NCBI GenBank assembly: GCA_026416895.1
Contig: JAOAEH010000029.1
Coordinates: forward strand, 228 to 64,227
DNA length: 64,000 bases
Source of the DNA: Elusimicrobiales bacterium
GTDB taxonomy: Bacteria; Elusimicrobiota; Elusimicrobia; Elusimicrobiales; UBA9959
Reading direction: 5' to 3'
The position numbers and the translations under genes were made by a program. The notes below the pieces were generated by a model that worked only from the letters and a program-made list of their open reading frames with translations, was not told where the DNA came from and did not search any database. This document shows, in pieces, positions 55,477-64,000 of the stretch (position 1 is its first letter; each line of letters starts with the position of its first letter).

Positions 55477-56450
55477 ATTATCTCTAATTCCCCATTTATA
55501 AATCCCGCTGAGTGAAGAGTTTTTATTATATCAACTATTTGATAAGATTTAACTTTTATTTGGTTTAAAGCTTTAATAAGTTCCATGATATTTTTACTTT
55601 TCACTTTTAAACTCTTTGAATTATATTCTTCTTTTTCTGAATTTATTTCAATATCGATATCCCCCACTGATATAGAACATTCTGCTATTTCTACCCTCCC
55701 ATGAATTATAATATCACCGGTTGCTGAATTTATAATAATTTTAGCAACTGTATCACTTTCAATTTCTAGTTCACCTATTAATGAAATTAATTCAACTTTC
55801 TTATATATAGAACTAGAAAATGAAACTTCTATTGTAGATGAGTTAATAGCAGTTGCTTTAACTTCTTTTATATTTGAATTTATATGTTTTTCGATTCTTA
55901 ACGCCGTTAAATATTCAGGTTTTCTAAGAAATATTTTTATTTTATCATCTTGATTATTTTCATTATAATTTAAAACATTATAGATCTCTCCACCATTTGG
56001 TATAAAACCAGTTGTTTTTTTACTTTTAGATGTAATAACCCCTTGTGCAAAAGCAACAAGATTCCCATATTTGTCGTATAAGGCAGTTCTTATTAAAGAT
56101 CCTCCATCAATACTTGTCGCATCACCTATAGATGATACTTCAACATCTATCTTTTGTCCTTTATGGAAAATACCTTTAACCTTAGATGTTACAATAACAC
56201 TTGCTGAGTTTCTTGTTTTTAGTTGTTGAGGTGGAATACTTATACCAAGATTTGTCATCATATTCCCAATAGCCTGTTGAGTAAGATATAAATTTCTATC
56301 TCCAGTTGAATTAAGTCCTGTTACAATACCATATCCTGTCAAAAATATTTCTTCCGTTTCATCAAAATTAGCCACATCTTTTATTTTTGCAGAATAAAGA
56401 TGTGGAAAATATAATAAAAACAAAAAAACTTTAATAACTAAGTATTTCAT
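55473..56450 (-). CDS. flgI: Flagellar P-ring protein FlgI
   Basis: Signal peptide, then KIKDVANF...LTGYGIVTGLNSTGD..., ...SASVIVTS... Confidence 0.93.
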   Translation of the reverse strand: MKYLVIKVFLFLLYFPHLYSAKIKDVANFDETEEIFLTGYGIVTGLNSTGDRNLYLTQQAIGNMMTNLGISIPPQQLKTRNSASVIVTSKVKGIFHKGQKIDVEVSSIGDATSIDGGSLIRTALYDKYGNLVAFAQGVITSKSKKTTGFIPNGGEIYNVLNYNENNQDDKIKIFLRKPEYLTALRIEKHINSNIKEVKATAINSSTIEVSFSSSIYKKVELISLIGELEIESDTVAKIIINSATGDIIIHGRVEIAECSISVGDIDIEINSEKEEYNSKSLKVKSKNIMELIKALNQIKVKSYQIVDIIKTLHSAGFINGELEII

Positions 56451-56451
56451 A

Positions 56452-56988
56452 TTAAAATAGCCATCCTAACAATAAATTTAAAATACTTCTTTTTTGTCTT
56501 TTTTTGATAACTCCTTTCGATTCATAATTTATTTTTAAATCATATATATTACTTGAAAAAACAGTATTATTACTTGATATATCTTTTGGAGACACTATAC
56601 CAGTAAGATTTATCATTTTTTCTTCGCCATCAATATTTATTAATTGTTTAGCTGATATTTTTAGATTACCTTCCTTTGTTAACTCTTCAACAATTGCTGT
56701 TAATTTACCAACAAATACTGACGCACTTTCAATTGTCCCACCACCTTTCGAACTAACACTGCCTTTTTGTTCTAAAGAATATGATGGATTGAAACTTATA
56801 ATATTTGCTGAGACAGAACCTTTTATATCTGACATCGAGGATGATGCAGCTTGGCTTTGATGTGATGCTTTTATATTTTCTACTATTATTACATTAACAG
56901 TATCTCCTACCTTTTTTGCTTTTAAATCTGAAAAAAGATTTAGATCTTGAGTATATGTAGATAAAATCAATAAAAATAAATATTTCAT
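56452..56988 (-). CDS. flgH: Flagellar L-ring protein FlgH (short form)
   Basis: LFSDLKAKKVGDTVNVIIVENIKASHQ..., ...GNLKISAKQLINIDGEEKMINLTGIVSPKDIS.NNTV.S..I. Confidence 0.88.
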   Translation of the reverse strand: MKYLFLLILSTYTQDLNLFSDLKAKKVGDTVNVIIVENIKASHQSQAASSSMSDIKGSVSANIISFNPSYSLEQKGSVSSKGGGTIESASVFVGKLTAIVEELTKEGNLKISAKQLINIDGEEKMINLTGIVSPKDISSNNTVFSSNIYDLKINYESKGVIKKRQKRSILNLLLGWLF

Positions 56989-56996
56989 TTAACCTC

Positions 56997-57383
56997 CTAA
57001 TTTATATTTATTTCTACCTCTCTATTTTCATTCAAAACACCTTCAAAAACTTTACCAGAATCTTTATTAAAAACTCTTATTCTGTTTCCTATTTTAGTAT
57101 TATTTAAAGAAATAACTTTTAATCCTATTTTTATATTTCCAAATTTTAAATAAGCCTTTAAGTTTTCACCCACTCTTACATCATACTTTTCATATAAAAC
57201 TGTTTCAGTTATACATTCTCCTTTATTTATAAATCTTTTGGCTTTTCTACCTAAAAATTTGTAGTAATATGTAGTGTTTTCTATTAAATCAATTGTAATT
57301 TCTTTGTTAAAAGGTATATTTTTAGTTGCCATAACACATTCTGAATTTAACATTAAAGAAAAAATTAAAATTTTTATTATCAT
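56997..57383 (-). CDS. flgA: Flagellar P-ring assembly chaperone FlgA (short form)
   Basis: 128 aa with signal peptide and a C-terminal VRVGENLKAYLKFGNIKIGLKVISLNNTKIGNRIRVFNKDSGKVFEGVL pattern. Confidence 0.75.
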   Translation of the reverse strand: MIIKILIFSLMLNSECVMATKNIPFNKEITIDLIENTTYYYKFLGRKAKRFINKGECITETVLYEKYDVRVGENLKAYLKFGNIKIGLKVISLNNTKIGNRIRVFNKDSGKVFEGVLNENREVEININ

Positions 57384-58147
57384 GGCTTTAAATTATTTAC
57401 TATTTTTAACATTTCATCTGCAGTTTCCATTGCTTTAGAATTTATTTCAAATGCTCTTTGAGCTGAAAGCATTCTTACCATTTCATCAACTATATCTACA
57501 TTTGACGATTCAAGAAAACCTTGCTTTATAATACCAGCACCATTTTCTGAAGGAAATGCTAAAATACTTTCTCCACTTGCATTAGTTTCTTCATACAAGT
57601 TTCCTCCAATAGACTTAAGTCCACTAGGATTTGGAAAAATTGTAAGTTCAATTCTACCTATTTCAGTAGGTTTTGATTCCCCATTTAAAACCACACTTAT
57701 AACACCGTTTTCTGATATACTTATTTCTTTTGAATTCTGTGGTATTAATATTTCAGGTTCTAATATTCTTCCAGAAGAAGTTATAAGTCTACCTTCAGAA
57801 TCAATTCTTAAAGATCCATCTCTTGTGTATTTTATACTACCATCAAAATCTCTAACTTTTAAAAAGCCATTTCCTTCTATAGCTATATCTAAAGAATTAG
57901 AAGTTTGTAATAAAGAACCCTGAAAAAATAATTTTTTTGTAGAAGAAAGTTCAACTCCTATTCCTATCTCTAGCTGTTTGGATTGAGATGTCAGTGAATT
58001 TGAATCAATATATCCTAAATCTTTAAACTCAGCTCTTGATTTTTTAAAAGAGGTAGTATTTACATTTGCTAAATTATTAGCTATTATATCTAAGTTAGTC
58101 TGTTGAGCCTTTAAACCACTTGAAGCAGTTAAAAGTGCTCTTATCAT
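57380..58147 (-). CDS. flgG: Flagellar distal rod protein FlgG
   Basis: MIRALLTASSGLKAQQTNLDIIANNLANVNTTSFK... and LESSNVDIVDEMVRMLSAQRAFEINSKAM. Confidence 0.93.
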   Translation of the reverse strand: MIRALLTASSGLKAQQTNLDIIANNLANVNTTSFKKSRAEFKDLGYIDSNSLTSQSKQLEIGIGVELSSTKKLFFQGSLLQTSNSLDIAIEGNGFLKVRDFDGSIKYTRDGSLRIDSEGRLITSSGRILEPEILIPQNSKEISISENGVISVVLNGESKPTEIGRIELTIFPNPSGLKSIGGNLYEETNASGESILAFPSENGAGIIKQGFLESSNVDIVDEMVRMLSAQRAFEINSKAMETADEMLKIVNNLKP

Positions 58148-58158
58148 AAAAACCTCCT

Positions 58159-58830
58159 CTAAAACTTAGATGAAGTAGAAATTAATTTTTTTGTTAAATC
58201 TATTTCAGTATTTATTGTTTTTTGAACAAATTCTGTATTTCTCAATATTTTTATTAATGATGTCATTTCTTCTATAGGATTAACATTAGAAGATTCAATA
58301 TATCCCTTCAATATATCAGGAGTCACATCTTCCAATTTAGAATCGGTATAGTAAATACTATTACCATAAGAAATCAAATCAAATTTTCCTTTCAATGCTA
58401 CAACTCTTATGTTATCTATTTTTCTTGATTTTTGAATAATATCTCCATTTCTTTCTATATAAAAAGGGGTTCCTTTTTCTAATTTAATTTTTTCATTATT
58501 TCTATTAACAAGATAAAAATTACCGATTTTAATGTATCCTTCTTCATCTAAATATAAATTACCTTTGCGAGTAATAAAATATTTTTCACCGTCTGTTACA
58601 ACAAAAAAAGCATCATTTTGATTTGCTATATCATAATCAGAATCTGTTTTGATCAAATTTCCTCTAGAAACATCTACATATTTTTCTATATTTAAATTAT
58701 TTTCAACACTTAATTTTGAAACTTCTCTCATATATCCGTCAGTAGAAGAATTTGCAATATTTTTCGAAGTGCTATCTATCTTTTTAAAAAGTCCTTCTAA
58801 AATACTTGATGATATCCTTAAAAAATCCAT
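58159..58830 (-). CDS. flgF: Flagellar proximal rod protein FlgF
   Basis: KNIANSSTDGYMRE... and the C-terminal IESSNVNPIEEMTSLIKILRNTEFVQK. Confidence 0.85.
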   Translation of the reverse strand: MDFLRISSSILEGLFKKIDSTSKNIANSSTDGYMREVSKLSVENNLNIEKYVDVSRGNLIKTDSDYDIANQNDAFFVVTDGEKYFITRKGNLYLDEEGYIKIGNFYLVNRNNEKIKLEKGTPFYIERNGDIIQKSRKIDNIRVVALKGKFDLISYGNSIYYTDSKLEDVTPDILKGYIESSNVNPIEEMTSLIKILRNTEFVQKTINTEIDLTKKLISTSSKF

Positions 58831-58847
58831 AAATCCTCTTTTAAAAT

Positions 58848-58876
58848 ATTTTACATATTTTAATTTATAATGTCAA
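58848..58876 (-). promoter_or_regulatory. Sigma-70-type promoter of flgF-flgG-flgA-flgH-flgI-flgJ
   Basis: Minus strand reads TTGACA (58876-58871), a 17-nt spacer ttataaattaaaatatg, then TAAAAT (58853-58848). SD AGAGGA and ATG 58830 follow. Confidence 0.6.
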
Positions 58877-58898
58877 TATTTTAATTATAAATGAAAAA

Positions 58899-59588
58899 TT
58901 AATCTTCGAATTTATATCCAAATCCAACTATGTTTTTTATACAATCTTTAGCTTGTTTTAGCTTTTTTCTCAAATTTGATATATGAACTTCAACAGTATG
59001 TTTATCACTTTCAGTAAGAGAATTATAGTTCCATATTCTTTCTAACAAATAGTTTACGCTAAATACTTTACCTGGATTTTTTACAAGAAGGGTCAAAATT
59101 TCGTATTCTTTTTTTGTTAATTTTATCCTTTCATTTTGAACAAAAACTTCTTTTTTTTCTTCATCTATTTTAATTATTCCTCTTTCTAAAACTTCATAAG
59201 AGAAATTTCTTCCGGCATTTGCATTTATAATTTTTCTAATTTTAGCCTCTAATATCCTATATGAGAAAGGTTTCACTAAAAAATCATCTATACCTTTCTC
59301 ATAACCTTTAATCTGAATATTTTCATCAAAAATTTCTCCAGACATCAAGATAAAAGGAATATTTTTTGTTTCTTTACACATTCTAATTATTGAAAAAATA
59401 GTTATTCCATCTATAGATGGCATTTTAACATCAGAAACTATTACTGAAGGAGATAATTCTTTTGCCATTGCTATACCTATAGACGAATCAAGTGCATAAT
59501 AAGAATAAAAATCTCTTTTTCTTAAAAATTCAGCAAGAGATTTTGCAAAATCTTTATCATCATCAATTATTAATACTTTCTCTTTCAT
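58899..59588 (-). CDS. OmpR/PhoB-family response regulator (REC + winged helix)
   Basis: KVLIIDDDKDFAKSL...VIVSDVKMPSIDG...LVKPF; winged helix LTKKEYEILTLLVKNPGKVFS...HISNLRKKL...VGFGYKF. ATG 59588 has SD GGAGGTG. Confidence 0.9.
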   Translation of the reverse strand: MKEKVLIIDDDKDFAKSLAEFLRKRDFYSYYALDSSIGIAMAKELSPSVIVSDVKMPSIDGITIFSIIRMCKETKNIPFILMSGEIFDENIQIKGYEKGIDDFLVKPFSYRILEAKIRKIINANAGRNFSYEVLERGIIKIDEEKKEVFVQNERIKLTKKEYEILTLLVKNPGKVFSVNYLLERIWNYNSLTESDKHTVEVHISNLRKKLKQAKDCIKNIVGFGYKFED

Positions 59589-60756
59589 TTTCACCTCCAA
59601 TAGATTTAATTTTAATAAGAAGATATTCAAATTTTTTAATTGTTTTGCTCCACGAAAATCTTTGCGCAGTTTTTATTCCATTCTTTACTATTGGTATATA
59701 ATTTTTTCTATTAACTACAAAACTTAAAATTTCTTTAACAATATCTTGATAATTCTTTTGTCTAATTACTACTGCATTATACCTATCTCTTACATAATCA
59801 GAATTTCCTACATTTGTAGTTAAACATAAAGTTCCACAAGCCATAGCTTCTATAACAGTTAAAGGAAAAGAATCTTCAATAGAAGTATTTATAAAAACAT
59901 CAGAATTTGAATATATATTCGCTAAGTTTTCATCGAAAACTTTACCATAATAACGAAAAATATTTGTATCATTATTAATTATTTTTTTTATATAATCATC
60001 TCCAAATAAATGTATTTTAAAAGGAATTGTCGGAATTTTTTTCAATTCTTCTATAAATTTAAAAAAATATAAGGAACCCTTTAAAGGATTTTTAGAAAAA
60101 TAATAACATATATCTAAGTGTTTTTTTGTAATATTATATTTTATCTCCGGATCTATTTTCGGCTTAAAAACACAAGTATCTACTCCTGGATATATAATCA
60201 GACTTTTTCTTTTGTACATTTTATATATTCTCTTACTTAATTCTTTTGAATTAGAAATAATAATTAATGGCAATTGGTAAGTTAATCTAGCTGTTTTTTT
60301 TATCAAATCATTTGTATAAAACTTTTCTTCAAATCCTTGAATAAAATATATTGGTATAGCATTATTCTTATTATAATAAGCTGCATATGCAGTAATATTA
60401 TGAGTTGCTATTATAAAATCAGACTGAGGTAACTTATCTAAAAAAGAATCAGTTATCTTTCCTATTACAAAAAAATAAAATGGTAAATTACTATTTAATG
60501 AACTATCTAATGATAAAAACTCATTTGAAAAATCTCTAACTATAGAATCAATATCAATTGCACTAAAAGCTTTTAGCTGAGTATTTTGAAATTCTTTTCT
60601 AATTAAATTTTTCAAACCTACATCCCATTTTATTACCGTTGAAGGAGTTACAAGATATATTTCATGCCCACGTTGAGATAATCTATCCATTATTTCATAT
60701 ATTACTTGACTGCCACCAGTATAACCTATATCTGGTAATAAAAATGAAATTTTCAT
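59563..60756 (-). CDS. GT4-family (group 1) glycosyltransferase
   Basis: MKISFLLPDIGYTGGSQVIYEIMDRLSQRGHEIYLV..., ...SIEDSFPLTVIEAMACGTLCLTTNVGNSDYV. Confidence 0.85.
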   Translation of the reverse strand: MKISFLLPDIGYTGGSQVIYEIMDRLSQRGHEIYLVTPSTVIKWDVGLKNLIRKEFQNTQLKAFSAIDIDSIVRDFSNEFLSLDSSLNSNLPFYFFVIGKITDSFLDKLPQSDFIIATHNITAYAAYYNKNNAIPIYFIQGFEEKFYTNDLIKKTARLTYQLPLIIISNSKELSKRIYKMYKRKSLIIYPGVDTCVFKPKIDPEIKYNITKKHLDICYYFSKNPLKGSLYFFKFIEELKKIPTIPFKIHLFGDDYIKKIINNDTNIFRYYGKVFDENLANIYSNSDVFINTSIEDSFPLTVIEAMACGTLCLTTNVGNSDYVRDRYNAVVIRQKNYQDIVKEILSFVVNRKNYIPIVKNGIKTAQRFSWSKTIKKFEYLLIKIKSIGGENERESINN

Positions 60757-62541
60757 TTAATTATTCAATTCTTCTTCAATAGTATTTATTAATTCTCTTA
60801 TAGTATAGGGTTTCTGAATAAATTTAAATCCTTTTTTTTCAATTTCATACCATCTAGATTTACTATCAACATAACCACTATTAAAAATTATCTTTATTTG
60901 GGGATAACTCATCTTTATTCGATTTATTAAATCAAAAGAATTTCCATCTTCCAATTCAATATCAGTAAATATTAAATCAATATTTTCATTTTTTAATATA
61001 TTAATCATTTCATTAATCTTTGAACAGGAAACCACTAAATAACCATTTTCTTTTAATATTCTCTCCACAAATCTTCTCAAGCCTTCATCATCCTCACATA
61101 TCAAAATCTTTTTTACTTTGTGAGATAATACTTTTTGATATTGTATTCTTTCTACTAAACTTTTTTCAACATCATAAAGTGGAATTTTAAATTCAAAAAA
61201 TAAAAAATCTTCTAACTTGTCTATTTTCAACCACCCACCAAGTTTTTCAATATTCTTTTCTATAGATTGAAAAGAAAAGTAACTATATATTTTCTCAGTA
61301 TCAGTATTATTTATAATAAAATACAAATCCTTTAAATTTTTTAAATCATACGAATTACATCTACCAGCTATATTTATAACAGCAAAATTTCTTGCTGATG
61401 TTTCAAGATTTGAAACCGAAGATATAATAATTTTCTCTTCTCTTCTTAATGAAATTATTAATTCTCCACCATCTATTATAAACTCAGATAAATATGCACA
61501 CAAACCATATATTATTTGCTGAAGAATTATTGGATCAGCTTCAACAAAAAGATTTTTCTCATCTATCCTAATTATACCTTTTATATCCTTTCTTATAACT
61601 AACCTTATAACCTCTTTCACATAATCTATAAGTTCTGATATATTTATTTTTTCTTTTTTGAAAATAATTCTATTAGAAAACATAGTATATCTGTTAACTA
61701 CTTCAATTAACTTTTTAATAGAATTATTCAATTCATTAAACTCATTAGAAATTTCGGGATATTTATTTATTTTTTTGTCTATTACTTCTAAATATCCTAT
61801 AATTGATGACAAAAAATTATTTATCTGATGAGTAGTTACACTTAAAAATTCATGCAAAAAATCCATCTTAAGATTTATTGTTTGTTTATCTATTGTCTTT
61901 TTAATATTATCTATATTTATTAATAATCCCGCAGTTTTGCTTAAACTAGGAATATAAATCTCTTTACTTAAAAACCATACTAATTTTCCTTCATAATCTT
62001 GTATTTGAAACATAAATTCACATTTGGAATCAGAAAGTAAAAACATTTTTCTTTTTTTAACCCTTTCAATATGCTGAGGATTAATTCTAGTTTTCCACAA
62101 ATAAGGATCATCTCTAAAATTTTTAAATGGAATATTTAATATTTTTTCAATTGTTCTGTTTTTTAAATACCATGGCCAGTCAATTTCGAGATTTGAACTA
62201 TAAAAAACTATTTCTGGGAAAAACTTTTTAGCATCTATATTTTGCAATATTTTAATATATCCAACTAGATTATATATATTTTCTACTCTAAACTTTATAT
62301 TTTCATTTTTTATATATATAACATTAGTTTCTGAATTGATAGAAACAACTAAGCTGGAAAATTCTTCATATTCTTTAATAAAACTTTCACTACCAAAAAT
62401 GATCAATATATCATAATCTAATTTTAATAAATCTTTTGGAGTTGTCTCATTTACTTCAAAATTGTTTACTAAATCCCTTTTCAAATTTTCTAAAAAATCA
62501 GATACATCTTTTTTTTCCTTTAAAATTAATACCTTTTCCAT
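60757..62541 (-). CDS. Histidine-kinase-like hybrid protein with intact H-box and receiver but degenerate ATP-binding domain (pseudo-kinase)
   Basis: The H-box LSVTTHQINNFLSSIIGYLE retains His. In place of the N, G1 and G2 boxes it reads ILQQIIYGLCAYLSEFIIDGGELIIS, INIAGRCNS and FIINNTDTEKIYSYFSF (compare NLLINSKDAMPNGG, EDNGKGMD and GTGLGL in the 549-aa kinase). The C-terminal REC is intact (ILICEDDEG...LIFTDIELEDGN...IQKPY). The N-terminus resembles a receiver without the acidic pocket. Confidence 0.7.
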   Translation of the reverse strand: MEKVLILKEKKDVSDFLENLKRDLVNNFEVNETTPKDLLKLDYDILIIFGSESFIKEYEEFSSLVVSINSETNVIYIKNENIKFRVENIYNLVGYIKILQNIDAKKFFPEIVFYSSNLEIDWPWYLKNRTIEKILNIPFKNFRDDPYLWKTRINPQHIERVKKRKMFLLSDSKCEFMFQIQDYEGKLVWFLSKEIYIPSLSKTAGLLINIDNIKKTIDKQTINLKMDFLHEFLSVTTHQINNFLSSIIGYLEVIDKKINKYPEISNEFNELNNSIKKLIEVVNRYTMFSNRIIFKKEKINISELIDYVKEVIRLVIRKDIKGIIRIDEKNLFVEADPIILQQIIYGLCAYLSEFIIDGGELIISLRREEKIIISSVSNLETSARNFAVINIAGRCNSYDLKNLKDLYFIINNTDTEKIYSYFSFQSIEKNIEKLGGWLKIDKLEDFLFFEFKIPLYDVEKSLVERIQYQKVLSHKVKKILICEDDEGLRRFVERILKENGYLVVSCSKINEMINILKNENIDLIFTDIELEDGNSFDLINRIKMSYPQIKIIFNSGYVDSKSRWYEIEKKGFKFIQKPYTIRELINTIEEELNN

Positions 62542-62572
62542 AATAAAACCAAATATTACATTCTATTAATTA

Positions 62573-62599
62573 TTATCCGTAATATATGATTGAACTTTA
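62573..62599 (-). promoter_or_regulatory. Sigma-28 (FliA)-type promoter of the pseudo-kinase/GT4/OmpR operon
   Basis: Minus strand reads TAAA (62599-62596, sharing TAA with the upstream gene's stop codon), a 15-nt spacer gttcaatcatatatt, then ACGGATAA (62580-62573). It has the same TAAAGTT...CGGATAA layout as the flgM promoter. Confidence 0.6.
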
Positions 62600-63463
62600 A
62601 TTTTTTCTTCTATCAAAAAGAATCATATTATATTTTCTAGGAACAAATGATTTTAGATATTTCTTAATCTCAGAAGAAATACTAATTATTTGGCCATAAT
62701 TTGTTATTTTTCTATATTTATTTGATACGCATGAAATTGATAATGTTATATTACTTCTTATTTTAGATTTTAAAACCTTATAAAAATTAAAATAAAAAAG
62801 TTTTGATATTTCATTTGCGATTTTGTTCCATTCTTCCCACCTACATATAACACTAAAATTATTACCGTTTATATGTGCTGCTAAAGAATATTTATAATCT
62901 TTTATAATTTCTTCTAAGTTCAATGAAAATTTTTTCAAAACAAAATCTCCAAATTCGTAACCCATTATTTCGTTTATTTTTCTAAAACTATCTATATCTA
63001 AATCCATATAAACAAAAACTTCTTTATTTTCTATCAAATTCCTTATATACTTTTCTAAAAATATTGAAGATGGTAAATCCGTTAAAGGACTAATACCTTT
63101 AAAATATTTATCTCTTTCAATAAAATTTTTAACTCTTGCTATTAATTCTTGCCACAAAATTGGTTTTTTAATAAAATAATCTGCTCCAAATTTATAGCAT
63201 TCAAATTCATCAATTTCTAAACCGCTTATCATTATAATATTAATGTCTTTATCCTTTAATCTTAATAACTTAAGAATATCAATACCATTAAAATCTCTAA
63301 GCTCAACATCTATTATAGCTAAGTTAACTTTATTTCTTTTAACAAAATCTAAAAATTTGACTCCTTCATTAAAATAAAAAAGATTTAAATTATTTTTTAA
63401 AAAAATTTTATTAGAAAGTTCTACTAATTTTATATCATCATCAACAAATGCAATTTTATACAT
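62597..63463 (-). CDS. Response regulator with degenerate GGDEF domain (REC-GGDEF*, motif NGNNF)
   Basis: REC KIAFVDDDIKLVE...LAIIDVELRDFNG...IKKPI. The GGDEF-like part reads TDLPSSIF...YMDLDIDSFRKINEIMGYEFGDFVLKKF...AAHINGNNFSVIC, with NGNNF in place of GGDEF. ATG 63463 has SD GGAG. Confidence 0.8.
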   Translation of the reverse strand: MYKIAFVDDDIKLVELSNKIFLKNNLNLFYFNEGVKFLDFVKRNKVNLAIIDVELRDFNGIDILKLLRLKDKDINIIMISGLEIDEFECYKFGADYFIKKPILWQELIARVKNFIERDKYFKGISPLTDLPSSIFLEKYIRNLIENKEVFVYMDLDIDSFRKINEIMGYEFGDFVLKKFSLNLEEIIKDYKYSLAAHINGNNFSVICRWEEWNKIANEISKLFYFNFYKVLKSKIRSNITLSISCVSNKYRKITNYGQIISISSEIKKYLKSFVPRKYNMILFDRRKN

Positions 63464-63464
63464 T

Positions 63465-64000
63465 TTATCTCCAACCACATTGGTTAAATACTTCTTCTTC
63501 TTTTGATATTATTTCATTTATTTTCTTTATTTCCATATCAGAAAGAACAATATCATTATTCCAATATTTTTTCAAAATTAAGAAAAATTTTTCTTTACTT
63601 TCTTCATCTATTAATTCACTACCTGGATTTCTTCTAATCTCATTCAAAAAATTAGAGTTTTGTTTAAATTTCCATACTATATAACGAGCTTTTAAATCAA
63701 TATTTTGTTTTTGAATTTCTGAAATATTTTTAATAAGGACTTGACAATCATCCGATATAGAGTATCTAAAATTTATTTCTTCTAAAAACATATTATTGAA
63801 ATTTTGTAACTCCTGAAAGTCTATCTTAAATAGTTCTTCTTCAAAAACTACTTTAGGAAAATTAGATTTTAAAACTTTGATAATACTTTTGCTTTTTGGT
63901 TCAATAAGTTTTATAAATAATTCAAATTCATCAAATTTTTTATATAAATCTCCAGCTATTATTAAATCTATATCTGTAGCATTTTCATTGTAAGCTATAG
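63465..64000 (-). CDS. 3' part of a hypothetical protein, 5'-truncated by the window edge (possible nucleotidyltransferase-fold fragment)
   Basis: The frame of the 63465-63791 ORF stays open to position 64000 (...IAYNENATDIDLIIAGDLYKKFDEFELFIKLIEPKSK...NNMFLEEINF...). DIDLII is reminiscent of NTase motifs, but this is weak evidence. Confidence 0.4.
   Translation of the reverse strand, partial: IAYNENATDIDLIIAGDLYKKFDEFELFIKLIEPKSKSIIKVLKSNFPKVVFEEELFKIDFQELQNFNNMFLEEINFRYSISDDCQVLIKNISEIQKQNIDLKARYIVWKFKQNSNFLNEIRRNPGSELIDEESKEKFFLILKKYWNNDIVLSDMEIKKINEIISKEEEVFNQCGWR

Noticed and set aside
7010-62600. Sigma-54 (-24 GG / -12 GC) promoters or an enhancer-binding activator for the flagellar genes.
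   Set aside because: None of the intergenic gaps shows TGGCAC-N5-TTGC-like spacing, and no AAA+ sigma-54 activator ORF is present in the window.
2094-63684. The many 60-116-aa ORFs on the strand opposite to long, motif-bearing genes (e.g. 2094-2363, 3861-4118, 5329-5538, 7039-7266, 13234-13434, 14189-14728, 15010-15657, 26970-27275, 32117-32359, 36904-37194, 58649-58870, 63448-63684).
   Set aside because: They lie fully inside genes with clear family motifs, have low-complexity hydrophobic translations typical of antisense reading of AT-rich coding DNA, and lack an SD. I treat them as shadow ORFs.
1-64000. CRISPR arrays, tRNA/rRNA genes, transposases/integrases, prophage or known defence modules (RM, TA, Cas, reverse transcriptase, etc.).
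   Set aside because: No periodic repeat-spacer pattern, no GC-rich structured-RNA islands other than three hairpins, and every long ORF is accounted for by motility, signalling, glycosylation or small unknown proteins. The XRE regulator has a cupin domain and no toxin partner.

Overview
Very AT-rich, tightly packed bacterial chromosomal DNA. The window opens with the 3' end of a 2-Cys peroxiredoxin gene and its terminator, followed by two plus-strand PAS/HisKA/HATPase/REC hybrid sensor kinases (331-6703). From 7010 to the right edge almost everything is on the minus strand and forms one motility/chemotaxis supercluster of a diderm bacterium (flgH and flgI ring genes are present). The operons, in transcription order:
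- motA-motB-flhA-flhF-fliM-fliN-fliOP-fliQ-fliR-flhB (15641 down to 7010).
- cheA-cheR-cheD-cheY-cheX-cheB, ending in a porin plus an unknown periplasmic protein (22886-15715).
- A second che-type operon: REC, P1-like Hpt, cheY, cheX, cheW, hemerythrin, hemerythrin-MCP (28021-22931).
- The core flagellar operon: small ORF-flgB-flgC-fliE-fliF-fliG-fliH-fliI-fliJ-fliK-flgD-flgE-PilZ-fliA plus three uncharacterised genes (41396-28160).
- A hybrid kinase / HTH-REC / XRE-cupin group (44256-41548).
- A fliS operon carrying flagellin-glycosylation-type genes (maf, CgeB-like GT, kpsF-like).
- fliD, fliC, csrA-fliW-flgL-flgK-flgN-flgM, and flgJ-flgI-flgH-flgA-flgG-flgF.
- A signalling/glycosyltransferase operon (pseudo-kinase, GT4, OmpR-type RR), a REC-degenerate-GGDEF protein, and a truncated ORF at the right edge.

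A two-tier promoter layout can be read directly from the sequence. Three near-identical TTGACA-N17-TAnAnT promoters precede the structural operons. A family of TAAA-N15-nCGGATAw (sigma-28-like) promoters precedes flgM, fliS, the second che operon and the pseudo-kinase operon, with a weaker one at fliC. The fliC leader carries a textbook pair of CsrA GGA sites.

I saw no rRNA/tRNA, CRISPR array, transposase/integrase, phage gene or recognisable defence system. There is no obvious stand-alone novel system. The most unusual items are:
- a sigma-28-driven pseudo-kinase/GT4/OmpR module;
- an orphan CheA-P1-like Hpt flanked by two receivers, in a window with four Hpt-less hybrid kinases;
- a FliM lacking the CheY-docking N-terminus;
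- N-terminal hemerythrin-MCP plus a free hemerythrin;
- three uncharacterised genes translationally coupled to fliA, including a 692-aa GT9-like protein;
- a porin/triple-repeat protein pair at the end of the cheA operon.

All functional calls rest on motif reading by eye, not on database searches.
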